A stretch of 64,000 nucleotides of DNA. Source: Oscillospiraceae bacterium (lineage in GTDB: Bacteria > Bacillota > Clostridia > Oscillospirales > Oscillospiraceae). Under the pieces are notes generated by a model that saw only the letters and a program-made list of their open reading frames with translations, had not been told where the DNA came from and searched no databases. This document shows, piece after piece, positions 1 through 9,839 of this stretch; position 1 is the stretch's first letter, and each line of letters begins with the position of its first letter. Position numbers and translations under genes: made by a program. The stretch lies in contig JAFTXW010000022.1 in the NCBI GenBank assembly GCA_017461445.1, positions 3,890 through 67,889 of the forward strand. The letters are read 5' to 3'.

Positions 1-359
1 TGCTCTTTACCGCCGTGACCCTCTCGGCAGGCTTCAAGGGCGGCGAGATCGTCCCCACCTTCTGCATTGGTGCCACTTTTGGCTGCCTGATCGGAAATCT
101 GATTGGCCTTGACCCGGGCATTGCTGCAGCACTGGGGCTGGTGGGCCTGTTCTGCTGTGTCACCAACAGCCCCATGGCCTCCATCATGCTGAGCATTGAA
201 ATGTTCGGCAGTGCCAATGTGTACATCTTTGCCTTTGTGTGCGTGATTGCCTTCGTCCTGTCTGGCAACTGGGGCCTGTATGCCAGCCAGATCATCCAGT
301 TCTCCAAATCCCGGCTGGTGAAACGCCGCTATGACACCATGGGCACGCCCAAAGATTAA
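1..359 (+). CDS. ClC-family chloride channel, C-terminal fragment (5' end lies outside the window)
   Basis: The reading frame is open to the window edge. 'GFKGGEIVPTFCIGATFG' resembles the ClC GxFxP selectivity-filter helix and is followed by hydrophobic helices. A hairpin terminator follows the stop. Confidence 0.65.
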   Translation, partial: LFTAVTLSAGFKGGEIVPTFCIGATFGCLIGNLIGLDPGIAAALGLVGLFCCVTNSPMASIMLSIEMFGSANVYIFAFVCVIAFVLSGNWGLYASQIIQFSKSRLVKRRYDTMGTPKD

Positions 360-373
360 ACTTTCCTTAATTC

Positions 374-404
374 AAGCCCGCCGAACCCCGGCGGGCTTGT
401 CTTG
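374..404 (+). terminator. Rho-independent terminator after the ClC gene
   Basis: GC stem caagcccgcc / ggcgggcttg followed by a T-rich tail. Confidence 0.6.
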
Positions 405-460
405 TATCCACAGTCATGGTATAGTGATATCAGAGAAATAAATAACAGGAGGGTGCGCTT

Positions 461-1222
461 ATGGAATCGTTGCAGGAAGTACGGCAGAAGCTCCGGCGGA
501 GCTATCAGCTGAAAAATGAGCTGGTCCGGCTGGAGCAGCAGCGGCAGGAGCTGTCAGAACGGCTGGCAGTGTGCAGGTACACCAAACGGGAGGCGGAAGC
601 CGCGCTCCTGGAATATGAGCATGGCGGTGTGAAACGCCTTCTGGACAAGCTGACGGGGAAATGGGAGGAGAAACGGGAAGAATTGTCCCGGGATGTGCGC
701 AATGCGTCCGGGGCCCTGGAGGGCGTCCAGCGGGCCGCGGCGGAGACGGAACGGATGATCGTTTCTGCCCGTCAGGAGCTTGCGGCCCTGGAGGGCTTGG
801 AGGTGGAATATGCCCCGCTGTTTGAAGCGGAGCCGGGACTGCGGGAGCTTCGGGACAGATTAGAGGCCCTCCACTGCGCCATACACCTGGCCCCGCTGCT
901 GGAGGAGAACGACAAAGCCCTGAAAACCGCCGGGCGGCTGGCCAAGGGGGATGTGATCGGGGAACTGAGCATGGAGGAGCACGACCAAAACCTCTGGTTC
1001 TCCCGGGCGGATACGCTGGCGCAGGAATGCCGCGGCCTTTTGGAGCGGATCGCGCAGTGCGGTATCCTGCTGGAGATCCACCCCTATTTTGCCAATCCTG
1101 CCGGGTATATTATGTCCGCGACCCGAAGCGGCAGGCTGGACCGGCTGAATCACGCCCTGGATGCCATCTGGGAGGCGAAGCACCAGATCAAGGAGCTGTG
1201 CTATCAGCTGGCAGAGGAATAG
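461..1222 (+). CDS. Hypothetical coiled-coil protein (253 aa)
   Basis: Intact ORF with GGAGGG RBS (450-455) upstream of the ATG. It is rich in E/R/L/A heptad-like sequence. I recognise no family motif. Confidence 0.6.
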   Translation: MESLQEVRQKLRRSYQLKNELVRLEQQRQELSERLAVCRYTKREAEAALLEYEHGGVKRLLDKLTGKWEEKREELSRDVRNASGALEGVQRAAAETERMIVSARQELAALEGLEVEYAPLFEAEPGLRELRDRLEALHCAIHLAPLLEENDKALKTAGRLAKGDVIGELSMEEHDQNLWFSRADTLAQECRGLLERIAQCGILLEIHPYFANPAGYIMSATRSGRLDRLNHALDAIWEAKHQIKELCYQLAEE

Positions 1223-1225
1223 AAA

Positions 1226-1256
1226 AGAACCCGAACCGCTGCGGTTCGGGTTCTTT
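1226..1256. terminator. Bidirectional terminator between convergent genes
   Basis: agaacccgaaccgc-tgc-ggttcgggttct perfect hairpin, flanked by an A-run and a T-run. Confidence 0.75.
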
Positions 1257-1263
1257 GTATAAG

Positions 1264-1851
1264 TCAGGCTTCGTATTTGCCCTTTTTGCGGACGGGGATC
1301 TTCTTGGCAAGGGCATCGCCCAGGAGGGCGAAGATGGTGCCCAGGATGACGGAGACGATCACGTCGGTGGGGTAATGGACATACAGGTACAGCCGGGAGA
1401 AGGCGATGGCGATGGCCAGGATAAAGGCGGGAACGCCCAGCAGCTTGTTGTTCTTCAGCAGCACCACGGAGGCCTCAAAGGAGGCGATGGTATGGCCGGA
1501 GGGGAAGGAGTAGTCATGCTGACGCTCCACCAGCAGGTTGATGATAACGCCCAGCTCCTCCTGCAGATCGTAAGGCCGGATGCGGGCCACCAGCGGCTTC
1601 AATGTAACGTTGCAGATCAGCAGGCCCATGATCATGGCGAAGCCCATGCCAAGGCCGATGCGGCGGGTCTTGGGGATGCAGATCAGCAGCACCGCGAAGG
1701 CGATCCAGAAGATGCCGCCGTCACCGAAGAGGGTGATGATGGGCATGATCTTATCCATCAGGGGAGACTGCAGGTTGGCCCGGATCCAGTCCAGAATGGG
1801 CAGATCAAAGGCAACGGCAATGGAATTCAGGAACGCGCGAACCATTTCCAT
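1264..1851 (-). CDS. PAP2-family phosphatase (undecaprenyl-diphosphatase / BcrC-like)
   Basis: PAP2 signature 'KPLVARIRP ... PSGH ... SRLYLYVHYPTD' within a polytopic membrane protein. Confidence 0.8.
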   Translation of the reverse strand: MEMVRAFLNSIAVAFDLPILDWIRANLQSPLMDKIMPIITLFGDGGIFWIAFAVLLICIPKTRRIGLGMGFAMIMGLLICNVTLKPLVARIRPYDLQEELGVIINLLVERQHDYSFPSGHTIASFEASVVLLKNNKLLGVPAFILAIAIAFSRLYLYVHYPTDVIVSVILGTIFALLGDALAKKIPVRKKGKYEA

Positions 1852-1854
1852 AGA

Positions 1855-3576
1855 TCATTCTCCTTCCGTTTCGGTGGTTTCCGCGGGAGCCTCTACAGCG
1901 GAGGCATCCTCGAACAGAGCGAACAGGGTCATGGGCTCCAGTGCGTCGCCGGACAGGGTCACATGGCCGTTTTCATCGGGGCTGAACACCTGGGTCCAGG
2001 TGGTGTTGCCGGCCTCGTCCACATCCTCCCGGAACCAGCCGGAGAAGACCTTGCCCTCGGGCACGGAGATCATGGGGGTGGTCAGGCTGGAAGCGTCGGT
2101 CTGGAAGAAGTCGGTGTACAGCACGGTCTCGCCGTCCATGAAGGTCAGACGAACCTTGCCCACGGGCTCGGTCACGTCCTCCATGGTCATTTCATAGACC
2201 AGCCACTTGCCCTTTTCGTTCTGCTGATAGAACAGCGTGCAGTCAACGGGGAATTCCTTGATGGTGCCGTTGGTGCGGGTCACGTTCAGGGTCATGGACA
2301 CATGGACGGAATAGAGGGTATCGCTGTAGCGGCAGTAGTCGGTGACGCTTTCGTTGACGAACTCATACTTGCTGAAGTCCTGAACGAACAGCTTGCCGAA
2401 CATGCTGATGATGGAATCGTAGGTATCAGAGGAGGGATCGAAGTACTTGGCGATCTTGGCCCGGTCGGTGACCTTCTCGATCATCCACAGGGAGTAGGTC
2501 TCCACGGCATCCAGTGCCAGCTCACGCTGATCCTCGGTCATGGTGTTGGCCTCGGTTTGCTCGATGTACATGTTCTTTTCGTCGTCGTAGATCAGCTCCA
2601 TCTGATTGCCGTTCTCATCATAGATGGCAATGGAGGGGGTGCCCATGAGGCCGGTGACCTCCTGGATGCAGGTGTAGACACCGGTGGTGCCCTCGGGCAG
2701 GTATTCCTCAGCCTTGGTGGTGGCCTTCTGGATGGTGTAGCTGTCGTCCAGAGCGACGCCGTTGACCTCCACGGTGTGGCCGTTCAGCTTCTGGACCCGG
2801 ACACTGCCGCTGCGCTCGAAGAACAGCTCCACGGTGCCCAGCTTCCACTCGGGAATGTCGGTAACGGAGGTGGCGTTCTCACCGCCGGTAAGGGTGAAGG
2901 CGGCGACCTTTTCTTCGCCCAGGTACACCAGGTACTTCTTGCCGCCGGAGAGGCCTGCAGAGGTTTCCTGGTAGGTCAGCTCAGAGGAACCGACCTTTTC
3001 TTCCATATGGGCCACGAATTCCTCGATGCCCACGAACTTGGTGTCCTCCACGCCCGCGGCGTTATAGAGGGCGGCCCAGTCGGGATCGGCAAAGACCTGG
3101 TCGTAGACCTGCTGGGCCTTGACGGTAGGCTGGGCGTTCTCATAGTCCACCAGCCAACCCTGGAGCCACTTCAGACCCACCAGCAGGGCGGCGAAGAACA
3201 GCAGGATGAACATAAAATAGAAGGTATAGAAGATCACGCCGCCCAGGCGGGGGCCCTTCTTTTTCTTCTTTTCAGGAGCGGTGGGGGCGGCAGGCTGCTT
3301 TCTGGGGGGAACGGTCTCGGTGACGGGGATGGGCTCGGCAGCGGGGGCCTTTTTCGGGGTGAGGATCTCAGGCTCTTTGGCACTCTGCTTGGAGTGGACC
3401 CGGACAGCCACCTTTTCGGGGATGGGCTCGGCGGCAGGGGTCTTGCGCAGGATCTCGGGCTCCTCCACAGGGGGAGCGGGACGCTTCTTCGGGGGGGTGC
3501 TGTTGCGCTGGGCAACGATGTCCTCAATGGAGACAGAGGATTTTTTGGATTTCTGATCAAATTTTCCTTTGTACAT
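1855..3576 (-). CDS. Membrane-anchored surface protein with a Pro/Lys-rich N-terminal tail (573 aa)
   Basis: Pro-rich tail, a 'KKKKKG' motif, then a single TM helix and a large extracytoplasmic domain. The C-terminus 'EGKVFSGWF...' resembles a Listeria/Bacteroides-type repeat. There is a 3-nt gap to each neighbouring gene. Confidence 0.6.
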   Translation of the reverse strand: MYKGKFDQKSKKSSVSIEDIVAQRNSTPPKKRPAPPVEEPEILRKTPAAEPIPEKVAVRVHSKQSAKEPEILTPKKAPAAEPIPVTETVPPRKQPAAPTAPEKKKKKGPRLGGVIFYTFYFMFILLFFAALLVGLKWLQGWLVDYENAQPTVKAQQVYDQVFADPDWAALYNAAGVEDTKFVGIEEFVAHMEEKVGSSELTYQETSAGLSGGKKYLVYLGEEKVAAFTLTGGENATSVTDIPEWKLGTVELFFERSGSVRVQKLNGHTVEVNGVALDDSYTIQKATTKAEEYLPEGTTGVYTCIQEVTGLMGTPSIAIYDENGNQMELIYDDEKNMYIEQTEANTMTEDQRELALDAVETYSLWMIEKVTDRAKIAKYFDPSSDTYDSIISMFGKLFVQDFSKYEFVNESVTDYCRYSDTLYSVHVSMTLNVTRTNGTIKEFPVDCTLFYQQNEKGKWLVYEMTMEDVTEPVGKVRLTFMDGETVLYTDFFQTDASSLTTPMISVPEGKVFSGWFREDVDEAGNTTWTQVFSPDENGHVTLSGDALEPMTLFALFEDASAVEAPAETTETEGE

Positions 3577-3579
3577 GGC

Positions 3580-4758
3580 TTACTCCTCACTTGCGGGCCG
3601 CACCATCCAGAAGTTGGGCATCTTTCTGGGCTGGGACTGCAGCAGCGAATAGTTGTTGATCATCTGGACGAGACCTGCCTCGCCATACAGGCCGTAGGTA
3701 TCCCGGTACAGCATGACGGAGGAGGAACCGCCGTCCATGTTGCAGGCATTCACCGCGCCGTACTCGATCATGATGTCGATGACATCGGCATAGGTTCCAC
3801 CCACGGAACCTGCCTGGCGGCCGTCTACGCACAGGAAGATCACGGTGCCGTCAGAACGCTGGCCGATGGCGGTACGGGGGTTCCAGCCGGAATTGGTGTT
3901 GTAGGCCTCCTGATTGATCTGGCCGTCCATGATCAGAACGGGGCCGAACTCACAGCCGTACTGAATGTCGTATTCCTTGGCCTGCTCGGGGGTCATGGAC
4001 TTGGCGACGATCAGCTTGCCTTCGGAGTTGAAGCCGGCGAAGCCCTCTTCGGGAACCAGACCATGGTAAGCGTTGGACTTTACCTCTCCGTCCACGATGA
4101 CCAGGCCTGCGGGAACGGAGCCGACGATGGCGTTGGCGGTGCCGTCGTCATAGAAAGCACCGGCGTTGATGGCGGCGATGGCACCTTCGGTCTCAATCTC
4201 GTCGGTGATCCGGGTGCCGGGGATGGACGTGGAATACTTTTCGGTGGAGGTGGCCATGTAGACCCGGGTGGGATCCTCAATGATCATCACATGGGCGGTG
4301 TATGTTTTGCCGGAGATGCGCTCGATGTAGATGCCGTCGGGGTAGTCGGCGAATTCGTCGTTTCCGCCGGAAACGGTATTGTTCTTCTTGATGATGACGC
4401 TGGAGCCGTCGCTGACGTCGCTGGATAGCTCGGCACCCTGCTTGGAGCGGATCTCCTCTACCAGCTCGTCGCTCATAAAGAGGCCGGGCATCCACTTGGT
4501 GCCGCTGGGTTCCAGCAGAGACATGGTCAGCACGTCACGGGCGGCGGGGGAGGGGCCGTTGAAGATCAGGTTCAGAACCATGCACAGTGCCACCACGACC
4601 AGCACGATGACGGTGAACAGCAGCAGGAAGAACCGGCGGATGATCCGTCCCATCAGGCCGCTGCCCTTCTTCTTTTTCTTCTTGGGCTGCTTCACAGCCA
4701 CGGCGGAAGCCTCATCCACGGGAGGCGTCATTTCGGGAGTCTTATTTTTCTTGCTCAT
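3580..4758 (-). CDS. Phosphodiester glycosidase family protein (DUF2233 / NAGPA-like), N-terminally anchored
   Basis: 'AINAGAFYDDG', 'PRTAIGQRSDGTVIFLCVDGRQ' and 'NMDGGSSS' are the motifs I associate with the uncovering-enzyme-like domain. The protein also has a 'KKKKKKG' motif followed by a TM anchor. Confidence 0.7.
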   Translation of the reverse strand: MSKKNKTPEMTPPVDEASAVAVKQPKKKKKKGSGLMGRIIRRFFLLLFTVIVLVVVALCMVLNLIFNGPSPAARDVLTMSLLEPSGTKWMPGLFMSDELVEEIRSKQGAELSSDVSDGSSVIIKKNNTVSGGNDEFADYPDGIYIERISGKTYTAHVMIIEDPTRVYMATSTEKYSTSIPGTRITDEIETEGAIAAINAGAFYDDGTANAIVGSVPAGLVIVDGEVKSNAYHGLVPEEGFAGFNSEGKLIVAKSMTPEQAKEYDIQYGCEFGPVLIMDGQINQEAYNTNSGWNPRTAIGQRSDGTVIFLCVDGRQAGSVGGTYADVIDIMIEYGAVNACNMDGGSSSVMLYRDTYGLYGEAGLVQMINNYSLLQSQPRKMPNFWMVRPASEE

Positions 4759-4779
4759 ACTTTTACAACCTCATGGCTC

Positions 4780-5880
4780 TTATTTGGATTTTTGCGGGGC
4801 AAAGACCCAGCGTTGCTGGATCATGTAGCTTACGAAATACAGGGCCACCATGACCACGGTATAGATCAGGGTACGCAGGAATCCGGCATTGTCGCCGATG
4901 GAGAACAGGGCGTAAACACCCTGGGTCAGCAGCACCTGTGCCGCCATCTGGGGCAGGGCCAGCATATAGTAGCGGAGCAGGGCCTGTTTGGTGTCCACCT
5001 TGGTCTGGAACACCAGCTTCTTGTTCATAAAGAAGTTTAAGAGAGAGGAGACCACTCTCGCGCCCACGCCCGCAGCGGCGGTGAGGGCAAAGCCGCTGAG
5101 CAGCCCATGGAGCAGCGCGCTCAGCAGGGAGTAGGCACCGGTGTCCACCACCGCGCTGACGAGAGAGCTCAGGGTGTAGCGAAAAAAGTGGGCCAGGATC
5201 AGCTTGTAGATCCGCCAGGAATCCACAAAGGTGCGGAAATGGGAGCTTTTGTTTTCCTCGATGTACACGGTGCGGATCTTTACCTCGTCAAAGGGGATGG
5301 CGTTGTCCTTAAAGGCCAGCAGCATGTTGGTTTCGTACTCAAACCGGTCGCCGTAGACATTCACCAGGGTCTTCAGTGCCTGACGGGGCAGGGCGCGCAG
5401 GCCGGTCTGGGTGTCGGAAATGGTCATGCCCACAAAGAGCTTGAACACCAGGGAGGTGGTGCGGTTGCCGAAGCGGCTTCTGGGAGGGACATCCGGCTGG
5501 GAGAAGTCCCGGCAGCCGAGGACGCAGTTTCCGGTTTCCAGCATATGCTCGCAGCAGGCTCGGGTATCGGCGGGATGGTGCTGGTTGTCGCCGTCTACGG
5601 TGACAACGCCGAAGCCCTCTGGGCGGTTTTCCAGGAACCACCGGAAGGCGTTTTTCAGGGCCGCGCCCTTGCCCTTATTCACCTCATGGTGCAGCAGGTG
5701 GATCTGGGGGTGCTGCGCCGCCAGGTCGGTAAAATAATGTAAGTTTTCGGGTTTGCTGCCATCGTTGACCAGTATGATGTCGGAAAAGCCGTATTCCAGC
5801 AGGCCGTCTACCACGGCAATGAGCTTTTCGTCCGGGTCAAGAGAGGGGAGAACCACCGAAATTTTGGATAAGTCTTTCAT
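4780..5880 (-). CDS. Family-2 glycosyltransferase fused to a GtrA-like membrane domain
   Basis: N-terminus 'VVLPSLDPDE...ILVNDGS...VDGDNQH' (GT2 DxD region). The C-terminus has four TM helices with 'NFFMNKKLVF' (GtrA-like). Confidence 0.8.
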   Translation of the reverse strand: MKDLSKISVVLPSLDPDEKLIAVVDGLLEYGFSDIILVNDGSKPENLHYFTDLAAQHPQIHLLHHEVNKGKGAALKNAFRWFLENRPEGFGVVTVDGDNQHHPADTRACCEHMLETGNCVLGCRDFSQPDVPPRSRFGNRTTSLVFKLFVGMTISDTQTGLRALPRQALKTLVNVYGDRFEYETNMLLAFKDNAIPFDEVKIRTVYIEENKSSHFRTFVDSWRIYKLILAHFFRYTLSSLVSAVVDTGAYSLLSALLHGLLSGFALTAAAGVGARVVSSLLNFFMNKKLVFQTKVDTKQALLRYYMLALPQMAAQVLLTQGVYALFSIGDNAGFLRTLIYTVVMVALYFVSYMIQQRWVFAPQKSK

Positions 5881-6147
5881 ATTTTCGCCTCTTCTTGTAT
5901 TTAAGCATAGGTTGTCATAATAAACTCACTATACTATATCACATTTATTGTCATTTGCAAAGTATTTTTAAGAAGAATTAAAAGAAAATGTCGATGGGAA
6001 AAGCAGGCATCCCCCTGTCCTTGACACACATTCCCGGGTGTGGTAAATTAGCAGAGAAAATCAGTATGATTACCGCGAGGGCGGCTTCCGACGCGGAGCC
6101 GCATGAGTACTGGCTTGCAATGATATGGAACAATGAGGAGAAAATCT

Positions 6148-7851
6148 ATGCTGCATGATCTCTATACGGCCCGGGGAGAGGCCCTTTCCGGTAAGCCCTG
6201 GACGGTCTATCCCCGTCCCCAGATGAAGCGGGATTCCTGCATAAACTTAAACGGAGAATGGGCATTTTTCGTAAATAATGTGGAAAAGGGCAAAATTCTG
6301 GTGCCCTTCTGCCCGGAAAGCCTGCTGTCCGGGATCAAGGAGCATTTTCCCGAGGGAAGCACCCTCAGCTACCGCCGCACGTTCACGCTGCCTGAGGGCT
6401 TTCACCGGGGCCGGGTGCTGCTGCACATCGGCGCGGCGGATCAGAAGGCGGAGGTGTTCGTCAACGGAAAAGCAGTGGGCAGCCATTTCGGCGGGTATGA
6501 AGCGTTCTCATTGGATATCACCGGTGCGTTGCGGCCGGAAAATACTCTTGAAGTCCGCTGCACCGACGATCTGCGGAATCTGTCCGTGCCCTATGGCAAG
6601 CAGGTTTTGAAGCGGGGCGGCATGTGGTACACACCTGTGTCCGGCATCTGGCAGACGGTTTGGCTGGAAAGCGTGCCGGAAACCTATATCGAGAAGCTGA
6701 ATATCGAAAACCGGGGCACCTCTGTTACCATCGATATTGGTAAAGATATTCCCGGCACCGTCACCGTGGCGGGTCTGGGGGAGTATTCACTGAAAAACGG
6801 AAAAGTGACCATTTCCCCGGAAAATCCCCGTCTTTGGAGCCCTGAGGACCCCTATCTGTACGAATTTACCGTCACTGCCGGGGAGGATAAGGTGGAATCC
6901 TACTTCGCCCTGCGGACACTGGAAATCAAGAAAATCGGCGAATACCGGCGGCTGTGCCTGAACGGCAAGCCCTACTTCTTCCACGGCCTGCTGGATCAGG
7001 GCTACTGGCCTGACGGCCTGTTCACCCCCGCCGCGCCCGAGTGCTATGCCGACGACATCCTCGCCATGAAGAAGCTGGGCTTCAATATGCTGCGCAAGCA
7101 CATTAAGGTGGAGCCGGAGGAATTTTATTATCAGTGCGACAGGCTGGGCATGGTGGTGTTCCAGGATATGGTAAACAACGGAGATTACGGCTATGTCCGG
7201 GATACGGTACTGCCCACCATTTCCCTTACTTACCAGAAGATCATGCCGGACAAGGGGCTCCATAAGGACGAAAATGTGCGGCGTAATTTCCTCGCGGGCA
7301 TGAAAGCCACCGTGAACCAGCTGAAAAACCATCCCTCCATTTTCTACTGGACGATTTTCAATGAGGGCTGGGGCCAGTTTGACAGCGACAGCGTTTATGA
7401 GCAGCTTCGGAAGCTGGACGACACCCGCTGGATCGACGCCACTTCCGGCTGGTTCCGCAGGAAAAAGACCGATGTGGACAGCCGCCATGTGTACTTCCGC
7501 AAGGTGAACCTCAAGGCGGAGGATAAGCCCCTGGTGCTCTCCGAGTTCGGCGGCTTCGCCTATAAGGTGGAGGGCCATATCTTCAACACCGATAAGGAAT
7601 ACGGCTACGGCTCCTATGACGACCTGAACGCCTTCTGTGACGCGGTGGCGAAAGTGTATATGGAGCAGGTGGTTCCCAATGCGAAAAAGGGCCTCTGCGC
7701 CGCCGTTTACACCCAGGTCAGCGACGTGGAGGACGAGATCAACGGCCTGTTGACCTACGACCGCAGGGTGGAAAAGCTGAAAGAGGAAAAGATGCTGCCC
7801 GTGGCGGACGCGCTGCAAAAGGCCGTCGAAGAAGCTGTCTGTACAGTATAA
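6148..7851 (+). CDS. Glycoside hydrolase family 2 (beta-galactosidase / beta-glucuronidase-like)
   Basis: 'LNGEWAF' sugar-binding N-terminus and 'WTIFNEGWG' acid/base region. I moved the start to ATG 6148 because GAGGAG lies 7 nt upstream; the ORF track starts at 6133. Confidence 0.8.
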   Translation: MLHDLYTARGEALSGKPWTVYPRPQMKRDSCINLNGEWAFFVNNVEKGKILVPFCPESLLSGIKEHFPEGSTLSYRRTFTLPEGFHRGRVLLHIGAADQKAEVFVNGKAVGSHFGGYEAFSLDITGALRPENTLEVRCTDDLRNLSVPYGKQVLKRGGMWYTPVSGIWQTVWLESVPETYIEKLNIENRGTSVTIDIGKDIPGTVTVAGLGEYSLKNGKVTISPENPRLWSPEDPYLYEFTVTAGEDKVESYFALRTLEIKKIGEYRRLCLNGKPYFFHGLLDQGYWPDGLFTPAAPECYADDILAMKKLGFNMLRKHIKVEPEEFYYQCDRLGMVVFQDMVNNGDYGYVRDTVLPTISLTYQKIMPDKGLHKDENVRRNFLAGMKATVNQLKNHPSIFYWTIFNEGWGQFDSDSVYEQLRKLDDTRWIDATSGWFRRKKTDVDSRHVYFRKVNLKAEDKPLVLSEFGGFAYKVEGHIFNTDKEYGYGSYDDLNAFCDAVAKVYMEQVVPNAKKGLCAAVYTQVSDVEDEINGLLTYDRRVEKLKEEKMLPVADALQKAVEEAVCTV

Positions 7852-7993
7852 GATACGGAAGAAAGTGCCCCAATGTTGCGGAAAACCAAAAAATTCTTTG
7901 CCTCCGATATTGCGGCGGAGACAAAGAAAATAAAAGGTTGCGTTTCTGGCGGTTTTGGGCTAAAATAGAGAAAACTGTGAAGGAGGTGCCCGG

Positions 7994-8287
7994 ATGGAGC
8001 GTGTTCCCGAAAAAGAGACGATGGACGATATTGCGGAGCTGTTCAAAGGCTTTGCCGACCCGACCCGGGTGCATATCCTGTCGCTGCTGGTGGGCCGGGA
8101 GCTGTGCGTGACCGATATTGCCGAGGCGGTGGAGCTGAGCCAGAGTGCTATCTCCCATCAGCTGCGGATATTGAAGCAGATGCACCTGATCAAATTCCGC
8201 CGGGAGGGAAAGAATATCCTCTACTCCCTGGCCGATGACCATGTGCTGACCATCCTGCAGATGGGATTGGAGCATGTGCTGGAATAG
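7994..8287 (+). CDS. ArsR/SmtB-family transcriptional regulator
   Basis: 'FKGFADPTRVHILSLL...CVTDIAEAVELSQSAISHQLRILK' is a winged HTH. Confidence 0.85.
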   Translation: MERVPEKETMDDIAELFKGFADPTRVHILSLLVGRELCVTDIAEAVELSQSAISHQLRILKQMHLIKFRREGKNILYSLADDHVLTILQMGLEHVLE

Positions 8288-8311
8288 AAGTATCGTAAAA
8301 TAAGAAATAAC

Positions 8312-8339
8312 GTAGGGCGGGGTCATGACCCCGCCCTAC
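8312..8339. repeat. REP-like hairpin, subtype A (gtagggcggggtc-at-gaccccgccctac)
   Basis: Perfect 13-bp palindromic arms, intergenic, just 3' of the ArsR stop. The same word occurs at 25875 and 30319. Confidence 0.85.
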
Positions 8340-8376
8340 AGTTGGTATTGACAAAAAATGGACGTAACTGGGAACG

Positions 8377-9000
8377 TTATGTGGAAGCCTTGCGCCAGAT
8401 CAGGCGGAGAATATCCCGGGTGCTGCAATAGAGCGTCTCGGAAACCGGCCGGGGCGCGAAGAACAGTGTGTCCTCCTCCGGAGGTACCGGGAAATCACCG
8501 TCGTAGAATCGGAAATCTGCCAGCTTTTCGTCAATATCGCCGATGGTATAGAACTTTCGGCTGGAAAAGTCATAGCCCAGCTCCTGTAAGACGCTGACGG
8601 TGAACTCGGCGCAGGTGAAGGCATCCCGGACGGTGACCTTGCAGTGGAGGGGAGCCAGAAGGGCGGACAGGTGGTTGTACAGGTAGCGGCCCGAATGGAC
8701 ACTCATGTGCGCTATCCGCTGCCGCAGCTGCTGCCACTGCTCTTCGGATACGGGCAGGCGGCACAGGCGGATGGTAGCGGTGGAGCCGTTGTGGTGGTAG
8801 CGGTAGGGGTGCTCCGTTACGAAGCCGCCGTAGAAGGGGGTGCGGTAATAGCGGCGGGCGAAGGTGTACAGCTCCTTCAGGTCTTCCTCCAGGGCGATGG
8901 AAACATGGTTATAGGGCTCGCCGGTGACCACGCGTATCATGCGCCCCATGCGGTAGGGCGTGGCGGAGAAGAGAACGTAAATATACTTCTGCTCAGACAT
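8377..9000 (-). CDS. Hypothetical protein (207 aa), possibly a permuted papain-like (His...Cys) fold
   Basis: I moved the start to ATG 9000 because GGAGG lies upstream. 'YNHVSIAL' early and 'FTCAEF' late give the His-before-Cys order seen in YiiX/C92-type permuted NlpC/P60 proteins. This is a weak call. Confidence 0.5.
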   Translation of the reverse strand: MSEQKYIYVLFSATPYRMGRMIRVVTGEPYNHVSIALEEDLKELYTFARRYYRTPFYGGFVTEHPYRYHHNGSTATIRLCRLPVSEEQWQQLRQRIAHMSVHSGRYLYNHLSALLAPLHCKVTVRDAFTCAEFTVSVLQELGYDFSSRKFYTIGDIDEKLADFRFYDGDFPVPPEEDTLFFAPRPVSETLYCSTRDILRLIWRKAST

Positions 9001-9116
9001 GGGGTTCGCCTCCGATTGGATCGCTGTAAAAATAACAATTTTCTTAACTATATCATAACCGCGGACAAAATGCAATTCCTCCGGGTGCGAGAGCACCCGG
9101 AGGAATCCTTAATATT

Positions 9117-9839
9117 TTACAAAACCTTGGACAGGAAATCCTGCAGCCGGGGGTTTTGGGGGTGGTTGAAGACTTCGTCGGGGGTGCCCTGTTCCACGAT
9201 TTTGCCCTCATCCATAAAGAGGATGCGGCTGCCAACTTCACGGGCGAAGCCCATTTCGTGGGTGACCACCACCATGGTCATGCCTTCGGCGGCCAGCTCC
9301 TTCATAACGTTCAGCACCTCGCCGACCATTTCCGGGTCCAGTGCGGAGGTGGGTTCGTCGAAGAGCATCACCTTGGGATTCATGGCCAGGGCCCGGACGA
9401 TGGCGATGCGCTGCTTCTGGCCGCCGGAAAGCTGGGCGGGGTAGGCATCGGCTTTCTCTTCCAGGCCGACACGGCGCAGCAGCTGCATGGCGGTTTCGTC
9501 GGCTTCTGCCTGGGTCATCAGGCCGGTACGGACGGGGGCCAGGGTGATATTCTTTTTGATGGTCATGTTGGGGAACAGGTTGAAATGCTGGAACACCATG
9601 CCCATCTTCTGGCGGATAGCGTCGATGTTTACCTTGGGGTCCGTAACCTCCATGCCGTCAAAGGTGATGGTGCCCTCGGTGGGGGTCTCCATCTGGTTGA
9701 GGCACCGCAGGAAGGTGGATTTACCGGAACCGGAGGGGCCCAGGATAACAATCTTTTCGCCGGGATAGATATGCTCGGAAATATTGTTCAGCACCAGCAG
9801 GTCGCCGAAGGATTTGGTCAGGTTTTTAACGTCGATCAC
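9117..9839 (-). CDS. Polar amino-acid ABC transporter, ATP-binding protein (GlnQ-like)
   Basis: Walker A 'GPSGSGKST', signature '[11 protein letters not shown]', Walker B '[11 protein letters not shown]'. Confidence 0.9.
   Translation of the reverse strand: MIDVKNLTKSFGDLLVLNNISEHIYPGEKIVILGPSGSGKSTFLRCLNQMETPTEGTITFDGMEVTDPKVNIDAIRQKMGMVFQHFNLFPNMTIKKNITLAPVRTGLMTQAEADETAMQLLRRVGLEEKADAYPAQLSGGQKQRIAIVRALAMNPKVMLFDEPTSALDPEMVGEVLNVMKELAAEGMTMVVVTHEMGFAREVGSRILFMDEGKIVEQGTPDEVFNHPQNPRLQDFLSKVL

Noticed and set aside
1027-4428. 1133-aa ORF on the + strand spanning four minus-strand genes
   Set aside because: This is an antisense shadow ORF typical of GC-rich DNA. The translation is low-complexity G/D/H/V/A/L-rich with no motifs. 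The opposite strand encodes proteins with clear PAP2 and DUF2233 signatures, RBSs and 3-nt gene spacing.
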